Source: Lama guanicoe
Taxonomy: Eukaryota
Length of the DNA stretch: 64,000 nt
Direction of reading: 5' to 3'
Assembly (NCBI GenBank): GCA_013239625.1
Contig: MU053379.1
Coordinates: forward strand, 2,524,866 to 2,588,865
The notes below the pieces were generated by a model that saw only the letters and a program-made list of their open reading frames with translations, had not been told where the DNA came from and searched no databases. The position numbers were made by a program, and so were the translations under genes. This document shows positions 63,968 through 64,000 of this stretch, piece by piece (the first letter of the stretch is position 1; each line of letters begins with the position of its first letter).

Positions 63968-64000
63968 GACACAGGAAAGCTCAGCCAGGAGCACAGTGCA
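63968..64000 (+). CDS. CFAP61: CFAP61 coding exon, truncated by window end (DTGKLSQEHSA...)
   Basis: Strong pyrimidine tract ctctctccttgctctAG, phase 0 start. Resembles the remembered human DIEKLS... Confidence 0.75.

Overview
Mammalian, intron-dominated genomic DNA, very probably from a camelid (alpaca, llama or camel): it carries seven copies of a tRNA-derived SINE that I recognise as Vic-1 type, plus cetartiodactyl L1 tails. The whole window lies inside one + strand gene, CFAP61 (C20orf26, cilia- and flagella-associated protein 61). Eight internal coding exons (77, 68, 127, 133, 160, 92, 75 and a partial 33 nt) splice in frame to 255 uninterrupted codons. The rest is transposon-rich intron: a near full-length antisense L1 with degenerate TSDs that hosts an RPL37 retrocopy, a pile-up of ERV LTRs at 32-42 kb, MaLR, MER, Tigger, MIR and L2 relics, and a 612-N gap flanked by a probably false 1.5-kb duplication. 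I found no convincing new biological system. The best leads are an AmnSINE1 relic in an enhancer-like block, a datable local inverted duplication, an RPL37 retrocopy with a microhomology deletion, and focal GC-shifted patches that may have eroded a splice acceptor. Gene and repeat family names come from remembered consensus sequences, not from searches, and repeat boundaries are approximate.
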